This document shows positions 16,101 to 22,618 of a DNA stretch of 32,000 nt, piece after piece. Location: the NCBI RefSeq assembly GCF_000172995.2, contig NC_014729.1:1800001-1832000 (forward strand), given 5' to 3'. This DNA comes from Halogeometricum borinquense DSM 11551. GTDB taxonomy: Archaea; Halobacteriota; Halobacteria; Halobacteriales; Haloferacaceae. Both the position numbers and the translations under genes were made by a program. Within the stretch, counting starts at the first letter, position 1, and every line of letters begins with the position of its first letter. The notes beneath the pieces are model-generated. The model saw only the letters and a program-made list of their open reading frames with translations. It ran no database searches and was not told where the DNA came from.

Positions 16101-16175
16101 GCGCCCGGATTCGGCGCTCTCGTGACCTTCGCGGCGCTTCTGGCCGTCGCCGTCCTCGCGCGACGCCGAGCATAA
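13146..16175 (+). CDS. Secreted cell-surface glycoprotein with PGF-pre-PGF domain and PGF-CTERM archaeosortase sorting signal (1009 aa)
   Basis: Sec-type signal VTVAALVILASLPAGIIGVASA-ET. Dozens of N-x-S/T sequons. Two tandem duplicated modules. S/T/D-rich acidic linker at about 15144-15380. PGF-pre-PGF-like segment at about 15738-15966 (...AAETPGFSVFAV). C-terminal TGAPGFGALVTFAALLAVAVLARRRA at 16089-16172. Confidence 0.9.
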   Translation: MEGHPTRVVTVTVAALVILASLPAGIIGVASAETPTVPPESPGLNVTTETRTVGSTSNVTVAYNLTGEIDAADVRLELWNGTTRYNQSAPGQTEGTLNLTVPASLPGGDHRVRVIAMNTSTLTSNASAAAVVETNSPVVIEDYNLSTTTPATGEEVTVNVTLNNTVGSQQNFSTRVYKSDSAIADANNTTVSLTANGQTHVELNVSYSSDSTNNLTVNDEPSTEVTVGDSGGSGSGGSTYTSVSAGNVTLPVGQSGTFDVTYDLGDEIDTADAKLEVSNFTTTLDTNTSLVDNDTVQMSLPKQSMAGDKRLQVAVRNTSSDFVVAQSVLNVSVRGNVTVESVTPPTTAVASAAKNVSVTLNNTGSSSESFEISVFDDATSRFPVGSKFVSVPGNTKTIYNVSASYSEGTRTTYLGNESYGTTTVYPAATVDSVTHVSGPANNTALSTSVDSGGMLTVELRNGTDQDLAPTGLTESSRFEVVVHLNHSVDPGLVIANARNVSWSVQNTSEHYVVTIAAQPLESQFMANAPSLDNWDSLSDSEDKADDKLLWYSISFIDEDALYNQNMTNMTIATDAQTFGSPRYDEANDSINIELAAPHYTVSDTQNDGIYQATIPSTMLGQWGVSNPDNLTGTYQGQSRSITTTSNDDGSIDISMNIHYSSGEVSLSPDASGDDTSSSGDDDTSSDDSSTDDTSSSSDSDDDDDSSTDSTDDSTTDDSTDDTTTETTTTDDAETNESDDASNETDLLPELTGEVKEVAAIQNTDGSSSAVVENVTANETVRIRLSNKSTDAQNATSNTSVSDDIGENATENDSAGATNASDRPAVNGLDLNLRNDTDSLGVNVSDSDTVPDGTPELESQSDDAEAVGYLSIDVSGTTDDDIENATITFSVPAAKLAATNTSSDDVTLHRYHDGEWQTLETTHLGGDRYAAETPGFSVFAVSMKKSMTADTDTKTTAAETTATEESTPQSSETETASASPTKTSTGAPGFGALVTFAALLAVAVLARRRA

Positions 16176-16191
16176 CACTCGGGAGTCGCTG

Positions 16192-16216
16192 TTTTTCACG
16201 CACGAACCGAGAAAAA
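16192..16216. terminator. Oligo-T signals on both strands between convergent genes
   Basis: T5 at 16192-16196 on the plus strand, 17 nt after the glycoprotein stop. A5 at 16212-16216 (T5 on the minus strand), 24 nt after the hflX stop. Haloarchaeal termination commonly uses U-tracts. Confidence 0.4.
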
Positions 16217-16239
16217 TCGCTGGAGGATCGATAGCGCCG

Positions 16240-17592
16240 CTACGTCTGATACCCGCCGTCGGGTTCGGCCTCTGCTTCTGCCTCCCCGTCCGTGCCCGCT
16301 TGGACCTCTGCGGCCTTCGCCCGCGCTTTCTCAACGATTGCGGGGCGGGCCTCGAACTCGACGAGGACGTTCTCGCCCTCGTACGCCTCGTTTTTGACGT
16401 TGCCGTGGTCGTACAGCCACGAAACGAGGCTCATCGTATCGTCGGACATGGGAAGGAGCAGTCGCTCCTCGCGCCAGTCGGGAAGTTCGCGCTCGATTCT
16501 ATCGGCGAGCGCACCGACGTTCTCGCCGGTCAACCCGGAGACGGAGACGGGGTTCGGTGCGAGTGCCTGGAGCGCGTCCATCTTCCGGCCGAGTTCGTCG
16601 GCATCGACTTTGTCGATTTTGTTCAGCACCGTCACGATGGGCGCTTCGTTGCGTTCGTACAGCGTGTCGTGACAGGTGACGAGTTTGTCCCGCATCTCTT
16701 CGACCGGTTCGGAGGCGTCCACGACGAGCAGAACCAAGTCGGCGCGGTACACCGAGTCGAGCGTCGATTTAAACGACTCGACCAACCAGTGCGGTAAGTC
16801 TGAGACGAATCCGACAGTGTCGGTGAGGAGAACGTCTCGCGTTCCGGTGTCGGCGCGGCGCGTCGTCGTTCCGAGCGTCGTGAACAGGCGGTCTTCGGAC
16901 TCGGCGGTCGGATCCAAATCTGGGTGCAGGTCCTCGTTCTCACCGACCTCCAGATCTTCGGCAAGTCGGCGCATCAGGGTGGATTTGCCCGCGTTCGTGT
17001 AGCCGGCGAGGGCCACGAGGTCGAACCCGGACTCGCGGCGTTGTTCGCGCCGTGTCTCCTCCTTTTCGGCGATGGAGTCGAGTTCGTTTTTGATGCGCGA
17101 AATCTGGTTTTTGATATCCTGTTCGCGCGACTCGTCGTACTCGCCGAGACCCATGAACCCCGGTCGTTCGTCGCGCTTTGCGAGCGACGCTTTCGCCTCC
17201 GCACGTGGAAGTTCGTACCGGAGTTCCGCGAGTTCGACCTGCAGTTGCGCCTTTCGCGTGTTGGCTCGTTGGCCGAAAATCTCTAAGATGAGCGTGAATC
17301 GGTCGATAACTTCGACGCCCTCGGGAAGTTTGCCGCCGATGTTGTACGTCTGGTATGGACCGAGGCGATTGTCTACGATGACCGCCGCGGCGTCTGTCTC
17401 GGCGACGAGCGCGGTCAGTTCGTCTACTTTCCCCTCGCCGAAGTGGAATGCGGCGTCTTCCTTGCGGGACTGTGAGAGCGTGCCGACGACTTCGTATCCC
17501 GCGGCGCGCGCGAGGTCAGTTATCTCCGAGAGGTCGGCCGACTCGCCCGAGTTGACGCGTTTTGCGACGATAGCGTTGGTGCCGTCGCTCAT
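16240..17592 (-). CDS. hflX: GTPase HflX (start trimmed to MSDGTNAIVAKRV)
   Basis: G1 GYTNAGKSTL; G3 and HflX signature LLTDTVGFVSDLPHWLVESFKSTL; G4 LNKIDK. The track start at 17658 is a GTG over-extension. Confidence 0.9.
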   Translation of the reverse strand: MSDGTNAIVAKRVNSGESADLSEITDLARAAGYEVVGTLSQSRKEDAAFHFGEGKVDELTALVAETDAAAVIVDNRLGPYQTYNIGGKLPEGVEVIDRFTLILEIFGQRANTRKAQLQVELAELRYELPRAEAKASLAKRDERPGFMGLGEYDESREQDIKNQISRIKNELDSIAEKEETRREQRRESGFDLVALAGYTNAGKSTLMRRLAEDLEVGENEDLHPDLDPTAESEDRLFTTLGTTTRRADTGTRDVLLTDTVGFVSDLPHWLVESFKSTLDSVYRADLVLLVVDASEPVEEMRDKLVTCHDTLYERNEAPIVTVLNKIDKVDADELGRKMDALQALAPNPVSVSGLTGENVGALADRIERELPDWREERLLLPMSDDTMSLVSWLYDHGNVKNEAYEGENVLVEFEARPAIVEKARAKAAEVQAGTDGEAEAEAEPDGGYQT

Positions 17593-17840
17593 CGAATACA
17601 CCCGGTCGTCGTCTGGTGTTTCGCCTGCACGGATGCAGGACGTACGCCGCCGAGGCACTTGAACGCTACTCGGTAAGACTCAACGATGATGGCGGTTTGT
17701 CACCTCGATTATGCTGCATACCATGTTATCATATACCATGTCTTGGTTGCACATACTCGGACTTGTATGTTCCCGTACGCCACATGTACCGTTCGCCTCG
17801 GTGACCAGTACGAAACAGGACCTGTCCGTTCGCACAAAGA

Positions 17841-17846
17841 TTATAT
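17841..17846 (+). promoter_or_regulatory. TATA box (TTATAT) for the FUN14 gene
   Basis: Centre is 27 nt upstream of the ATG at 17870. Confidence 0.5.
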
Positions 17847-17869
17847 CCGATGACGCGCCACGTGCGGTC

Positions 17870-18202
17870 ATGCCCGACCCGTTACAGCTGTCGCTTGATC
17901 CCACCTCGCTCGGATTGGAGTTCGGGAGTGGTGCGGTCATCGGCGGCATTATCGGTTTTGCGGCGAAGAAAATCGCCAAGATAATCGCCGTCATCATCGG
18001 CTTAGAGCTCGCACTGTTCAAATTCCTCGAATCGCGCGGCATACTGGCCGTAGACTGGGAGAAACTCACTAACGGCTTCATGAAGAGTACCGAAGCGGCC
18101 ACGTCCGGAGCGCCGCCGAGTTGGATTTCGACGATCCTCTCGACGCTCTCTATCTCCGCTGGTTTCTCCGGCGGGTTCCTCGTCGGCTTCAAGAAGGGAT
18201 AA
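17870..18202 (+). CDS. FUN14-family small membrane protein (110 aa; start trimmed)
   Basis: GSGAVIGGIIGFAAKKIAKIIAVIIGLELALFKFLESRGILAVDWEKL matches the FUN14 signature. TATA spacing supports the ATG at 17870. Confidence 0.75.
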   Translation: MPDPLQLSLDPTSLGLEFGSGAVIGGIIGFAAKKIAKIIAVIIGLELALFKFLESRGILAVDWEKLTNGFMKSTEAATSGAPPSWISTILSTLSISAGFSGGFLVGFKKG

Positions 18203-18211
18203 CGCCGACCG

Positions 18212-18937
18212 CTACCGCGTACTCAGTTCGTCTTTGTCTTTCACGATACGCGTCTCGGCCTCGCCGGACGTGTACTCGTTGACCATGTCGTAGAAGTCGT
18301 TTTGCAGTCCCGCCGGGAACGTAACGACGCCGACCCACGAGCCGTCGTTCTGCCACTCCTCGCGTTCTAAGTCGCCGTACTCGCGGACTTGTGCCTGCGT
18401 TTTTCCTGCATAATCTGCGGGAATTTGGACCGCAACGGTCACCTCGTCGAACCGGATGGGGATCACGGGACGGAGTGCATCAAGGGCCTCGTCAACCTGC
18501 GATTCGACCTTCTCCATCGGGTCAACCTTGAACCCCGCCTCTTCGAGGGCGCGCTCGATGCGTTCCGGCGGGTGTGGGGCGTTGTCCATCTGCGGGTTGA
18601 CCGCGTTTCGAGCGATGGTGTTGATGAGTTGTTTCCGCTTCTGTTCTTGCATCTCGCGGCGCTGCTCGGCGGTTATCTGAATCTCTCCGCGCTTGACGAC
18701 CTCCGGAATAATCTCCATCGGATCTGTCGTCTCGAACACTGTTTCGAGGTCGTTTTCGGCGGGTCGGTCGCCGCGAGAGGCGTCCTCGAACACGTCTTCG
18801 GCGGCGATAACCTCCTCTAAGTCGCCTTCGAACTCGCCGCGTTTGATAGCGAGTGCCGCATCCGGATCGATAAGTACCTCGAAGCGTTCACCGTGGGATT
18901 CGAGTCGAGCGGTCACCGCTTCGTCGAGTGAAATCAT
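18212..18937 (-). CDS. Ribosome maturation protein SBDS/Sdo1 homologue
   Basis: N-terminal [35 protein letters not shown] and the overall length are typical of archaeal SBDS proteins. Confidence 0.88.
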   Translation of the reverse strand: MISLDEAVTARLESHGERFEVLIDPDAALAIKRGEFEGDLEEVIAAEDVFEDASRGDRPAENDLETVFETTDPMEIIPEVVKRGEIQITAEQRREMQEQKRKQLINTIARNAVNPQMDNAPHPPERIERALEEAGFKVDPMEKVESQVDEALDALRPVIPIRFDEVTVAVQIPADYAGKTQAQVREYGDLEREEWQNDGSWVGVVTFPAGLQNDFYDMVNEYTSGEAETRIVKDKDELSTR

Positions 18938-18957
18938 ACCCGGTGCTACTCACTCCG

Positions 18958-18967
18958 AATTAAAAAG
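18958..18967 (-). promoter_or_regulatory. TATA-like box (minus strand CTTTTTAATT) for the SBDS gene
   Basis: Centre is about 25 nt upstream of the ATG at 18937. Confidence 0.45.
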
Positions 18968-19043
18968 CCCTCCCCGAATCGCGCTACTTGCGGCCGGGCG
19001 CATTCTATCGCTGTCCGGGACTCTGTCGCCGCACGGATCCGGT

Positions 19044-19058
19044 AAAAAGCGCTGAAAA
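19044..19058 (-). terminator. Twin U-tract terminator candidate downstream of thioredoxin
   Basis: The minus strand reads CAGCTTTTCAGCGCTTTTTACC, 50-65 nt after the trx stop. Confidence 0.4.
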
Positions 19059-19108
19059 GCTGATTCGGTCGGAGTCACAGAACGGAGCGTCGGCAGTGCG
19101 TCCGGAAG

Positions 19109-19447
19109 TTAGCTCGAAAGCTGTTCGACGACTTCCACGAGGTCGTCTTTATCCTGCACGCCGATCACTTGCTTTGCCTGTTCGCCGTCAGCGTAGAACT
19201 GCAGCGTCGGCACTGAGCGAATCCCTTGATCGCGGGCGAGTTCCTGTAGTTCATCGATGTCTACTTTCAGTACGAGCGCGTCCGTCTCAGCGGCAATCTC
19301 ATCGACGGTTGGTTCGAGCATCTTGCACGGCCCACACCAATCTGCATAGAAGTCCACTAACACGACGTTCTCGCCTGCGACAAGTTCTTCGAGATGATCT
19401 TGGCTTTCGACGTGGACGGGCGTTCCTCTACTCTCGGGCGTACTCAT
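19109..19447 (-). CDS. trxA: Thioredoxin (112 aa; start trimmed to MSTPESRG)
   Basis: Active site DWCGPCK. The track start at 19471 is a GTG lying beside the TATA-like box. The ATG at 19447 is 31 nt downstream of that box. Confidence 0.9.
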   Translation of the reverse strand: MSTPESRGTPVHVESQDHLEELVAGENVVLVDFYADWCGPCKMLEPTVDEIAAETDALVLKVDIDELQELARDQGIRSVPTLQFYADGEQAKQVIGVQDKDDLVEVVEQLSS

Positions 19448-19473
19448 AGCCCATCGGTAATCACCGGACACGC

Positions 19474-19482
19474 TTAACTATT
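19474..19482 (-). promoter_or_regulatory. TATA-like box (minus strand AATAGTTAA) for thioredoxin
   Basis: Spacing to the ATG at 19447 fits a leaderless transcript. Confidence 0.4.
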
Positions 19483-19603
19483 GAGAGGAGATGCCGCGCT
19501 GCCGCACGACCGCTCTCGTCTGACGTGCGCCGTTTGGGCAAGCATGGGGTGCCGAGCATCGGATCGTATCGTGGCCGCTGCTAGCCTCGTGACGGTGATC
19601 ATC

Positions 19604-20266
19604 TCAGACAACGTCGTAGGTGAGCAGAACGCCGTCGTCGATTCGCTCGACGTCGCGGAGGTCCAACGTCGGGAACGACTCGACAAATCCGTCGCCGTCC
19701 GCCAGCGTTGGCGCGTCGCGGCCGCCGAGAACGACCGACCCGACGTACACGGAGAGTTCGTCTACGAGTTCGTCCTCGAACAGCGAGAAGATGACCTCTC
19801 CGCCGCCTTCGACCATCAGTCGGTCGATCCCGCGGGCTTCGAGTTCCGCGAACGCCTCGGGGAAGGAGACGCGTGTGTCGCCGGCGGTGACGACCGTCCC
19901 GCCGGTCTTTTCGAGTGCTGACACTCGATCTGCGGGCGCTGATTCACTCACGAGAACGTACGTCGTCGCGGCGTCGTCGAGGATGCGAGCGTCGGTCGGC
20001 GTCCGAGCACGCGAGTCGGCCACGACGCGGGCCGGATGCGGTTCCCGACCGTCACTCTGCCGCTCGTCTCGGTAGTCGGCGTCGTCTACGGTCAGATGCG
20101 GGTCGTCTGCGAGGACGGTACCAACGCCGACGAGAACGGCGTCGCTGTCGGCGCGAACGCGGTCTACGCGGGCGAAGTCGTCCGCACCGCTGATTTTTAT
20201 CTGTTCGCGCCGTCGCGTCGAGAGCTTTCCGTCTGCACTGGTGGCCGCGTTGACGACGACGTGCAT
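19604..20266 (-). CDS. 2,5-diamino-6-(ribosylamino)-4(3H)-pyrimidinone 5'-phosphate reductase (RibD C-terminal-type, archaeal riboflavin pathway)
   Basis: MHVVVNAATSADGKLSTRRREQIKISGADDFARVDRVRADSDAVLVGVGTVLADDPHLT is the typical N-terminus of this reductase family. Also contains LMVEGGGEV. Confidence 0.85.
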   Translation of the reverse strand: MHVVVNAATSADGKLSTRRREQIKISGADDFARVDRVRADSDAVLVGVGTVLADDPHLTVDDADYRDERQSDGREPHPARVVADSRARTPTDARILDDAATTYVLVSESAPADRVSALEKTGGTVVTAGDTRVSFPEAFAELEARGIDRLMVEGGGEVIFSLFEDELVDELSVYVGSVVLGGRDAPTLADGDGFVESFPTLDLRDVERIDDGVLLTYDVV

Positions 20267-20326
20267 ACTATCCGATGAGCGGCGCGCGGTAAGCGGATTT
20301 CGGTCGATGGGACCGACGGACAGGAG

Positions 20327-20333
20327 TTATATA
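20327..20333 (+). promoter_or_regulatory. TATA box (TTATATA) for the glycosyltransferase gene
   Basis: Centre is 30 nt upstream of the ATG at 20360 and only 21 nt from the track's GTG at 20351. Confidence 0.5.
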
Positions 20334-20359
20334 GCTTACCGTGGTATTTCGTGACACTA

Positions 20360-21409
20360 ATGCCGCCCAAAGTGCTGATGCTGGGGTGGGGATTCCCGCC
20401 GAACGTGAGCGGGGGTCTCGACACCCACGTCGGGGAGATGTTTGACGGACTCAGAGCGCGCGGCGTAGACATCGACCTCGTCCTTCCGGCGGAGTACGCG
20501 CCGGACGAAAGAGAGGGTATCTACGGTGTCCCGACGGGGGAAGGAGACATCATCACCCGCATCGGCCGCCTCAGTTCGGCGTTTGCCGAACGCGCCGAGG
20601 ACGCCGACATCGTCCACACGCACGACTGGTTCGGCTACGGACCGGGGTCGCGGGCGAAATCGAACGCGGACGTAGAGTGGGTGACGACGTTCCACTCGCT
20701 GTCCTCGGACCGTAACCTCGACCCACCGAAACGAGAAGTCGAAACCGAGCGCCGAATCGTCGAACGGTGTGACCACCTTCTCGCGGTGAGCGAACTCACG
20801 GCGAGGCGGGTCAAAGAGCAGTACGGCGGCAGTCCGGAAGTCATCTACAACGGGTTCTCGAAGTGCGAAACGACGGGGCGAGATCTGAAAGCGGAACTCG
20901 ATATCGACGGCAACATGCTGTTTTTCGTCGGCCGCCACACCGACCAGAAGGGCATCTCTCACCTCGTCTACGCGATGGAGAAACTCTGCCGGGACGACGT
21001 GACACTCGTCGTCGGCGGGTCGGGCCACCTCACAGAGCAGTTGAAGAAGTTCGCTGACCTGTTAGATGTCGAAGACCAAATCGAATGGGTCGGCTACGTC
21101 CCCGAGGAGGCGCTCGGCGACTACTACGCCTCGGCAGATTTGTTTATCTCACCTTCCCTCTCGGAACCGTTCGGCATCACCATCACCGAAGCGCTCTCGG
21201 CGGGCACGCGCGTCGTCGCCACGGAGAGCGGCGTCAGCGAAGTCCTTCCCGAAGACTGCGTCATCGAAGTCGATCCGTCGTCGGACTCCATCGCCGACGG
21301 CATCGACTACGGACTCTCGCTTGAGGGGCCTCCGGAGTACGACCCTGTGACGTGGGAGGACGTGGTGGACGACACAATCGAGTTCTACGAGCGAATCGCG
21401 GACGAGTAG
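20360..21409 (+). CDS. GT4-family (group 1) glycosyltransferase
   Basis: N-terminal GWGFPPNVSGGLDTHV and the E-x7-E motif SEPFGITITEALSAG. Rossmann GT-B layout. Confidence 0.85.
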   Translation: MPPKVLMLGWGFPPNVSGGLDTHVGEMFDGLRARGVDIDLVLPAEYAPDEREGIYGVPTGEGDIITRIGRLSSAFAERAEDADIVHTHDWFGYGPGSRAKSNADVEWVTTFHSLSSDRNLDPPKREVETERRIVERCDHLLAVSELTARRVKEQYGGSPEVIYNGFSKCETTGRDLKAELDIDGNMLFFVGRHTDQKGISHLVYAMEKLCRDDVTLVVGGSGHLTEQLKKFADLLDVEDQIEWVGYVPEEALGDYYASADLFISPSLSEPFGITITEALSAGTRVVATESGVSEVLPEDCVIEVDPSSDSIADGIDYGLSLEGPPEYDPVTWEDVVDDTIEFYERIADE

Positions 21410-21416
21410 CGGCAAC

Positions 21417-21671
21417 TCATCCGCGTCGCAAGTGCCAAGCACTACTCACCAGTCCACTCGAACCCGTCTCCTGTCTCCCGAACGCTTCCCGAAATTGGTC
21501 GTTCACCGTCGGCATCGAGCGCGTGAGCAACCGACGAAGGTTGTTGTCGAGGAAGAATCGGGCCGCCCATGCGGGGAACTCGTCGGCGAGTACGATTTCG
21601 GTCGTCCGCTGGTGCGTCGAGACCGTCTCCCTGATGTAAGTGGACGCTAAACGACGGGGACGGCGAATTTC
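21417..21671 (-). pseudogene. Coding-like open frame (84 codons) lacking any canonical start; possible gene relic
   Basis: The frame reads ...TYIRETVSTHQRTTEIVLADEFPAWAARFFLDNNLRRLLTRSMPTVNDQFREAFGRQETG.... By my hand count of the 72 codons shared with plus ORF 21432-21650, GC3 is about 75% here versus about 56% for that co-registered plus ORF. The only ATG leaves 32 codons. Confidence 0.2.
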
Positions 21672-21713
21672 TCAGTAACCGGTACTTCACGATACTCGCT
21701 CAGTTCCCCCTTG

Positions 21714-21720
21714 CTATATT
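21714..21720 (+). promoter_or_regulatory. TATA box (CTATATT) for usp
   Basis: Centre is 28 nt upstream of the ATG at 21745. The track start at 21730 is only about 12 nt away. Confidence 0.5.
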
Positions 21721-21744
21721 GGATGGTGTATGCTATCTATTAGC

Positions 21745-22161
21745 ATGTTCACCGTGCTACTGCCGATTGACGGGAACGAAGAACACGGTGCCGCTCAGGC
21801 CGACGCAGTCGCTGTGTTGCCGAACGCGGTGGAGACGGTCGAAGTGACATTGCTGTACGTGTTCGACGACGAGGACCGCGCTGAGGTCACCGCACCCAAA
21901 CAGATCAACGGCGGACGTGCCGCGCACAACCGACTCATGGACGCAGGCGTGAGTGTCGAGGAGATGTCGCGCGTTGGCGACCCCGCGGCCGAGATTCTCG
22001 CGGCGGCAGCAGAGGTAGATGCCGACTACATCGTTCTTGGCGGTCGCAAACGATCACCGCTGGGATCGCTGCTCTTCGGCAGTGTCTCACAAGCGGTTAT
22101 CTTGGATGCCGACCGGCCGGTCACGATTACGGGAGGGAAGGCGGAGCGTCAATCCGGCTAA
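21745..22161 (+). CDS. Universal stress protein (UspA family)
   Basis: MFTVLLPIDG start and the C-terminal ATP-binding pattern IVLGGRKRSPLGSLLFGSVSQAVILDADRPVTI. Confidence 0.85.
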   Translation: MFTVLLPIDGNEEHGAAQADAVAVLPNAVETVEVTLLYVFDDEDRAEVTAPKQINGGRAAHNRLMDAGVSVEEMSRVGDPAAEILAAAAEVDADYIVLGGRKRSPLGSLLFGSVSQAVILDADRPVTITGGKAERQSG

Positions 22162-22538
22162 CGGAGCAATCGAACGTCCGTCGCCGGTTCGGGGTGGCGA
22201 ATCCGGTAGCCATCCGTAGTCGGTACCAATCCCTCACGGGGGAGACTCTGCCGGGCCGCTTGATACGGCGAGTCGTCGCGGGGAGACTGGTACGAACTGT
22301 CCTCGCGGGCGGGTTGGTAGGGGCTGTCCTGTCGGGCCGATTGGTACGGACTGTTGTTCTGTTGGCGAGCGCCGCGTTCGAAGTCTTCGGGCGGCAGGTA
22401 GATCCGTTCACCCGATTCGGATTCGACGACGACGGCGGTGTCTCGGTCACCGCGCATCGTGATGACCGTCTCACCGTCTTCGATACTCAACGAGAAGGTG
22501 ACCTGTTCGTCCGCCGTTCCGGTGTCCGCCTCGCTCAT
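22158..22538 (-). CDS. Acidic hypothetical protein with four tandem 9-aa (D/N)S(P/S)YQ repeats
   Basis: The ORF has a clean ATG, an N-terminal beta-like segment VTFSLSIEDGETVITMRGD, and then NNSPYQSARQ-DSPYQPARE-DSSYQSPRD-DSPYQAARQ. Its stop overlaps the usp stop by 4 nt. Confidence 0.55.
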   Translation of the reverse strand: MSEADTGTADEQVTFSLSIEDGETVITMRGDRDTAVVVESESGERIYLPPEDFERGARQQNNSPYQSARQDSPYQPAREDSSYQSPRDDSPYQAARQSLPREGLVPTTDGYRIRHPEPATDVRLLR

Positions 22539-22587
22539 ACGCGAGTGTGTGACTGCATCACACTTAGCAGTTCGTACTCCGGGAACT

Positions 22588-22596
22588 CTTTTTACC
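22588..22596 (+). promoter_or_regulatory. TATA-like box (CTTTTTACC) of the rpa1 operon
   Basis: Centre is 27 nt upstream of the ATG at 22619. It is flanked by GTACTCC direct repeats. Confidence 0.45.
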
Positions 22597-22618
22597 GAAC
22601 GGGAGTGTACTCCCGACG

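Noticed and set aside
15119-16334. Minus-strand ORFs of 189 aa and 345 aa opposite the glycoprotein 3' half
   Set aside because: They are Ser-rich or Arg-rich antisense shadows of the S/T/D linker and the PGF domain. The plus-strand gene has a signal peptide and a PGF-CTERM.
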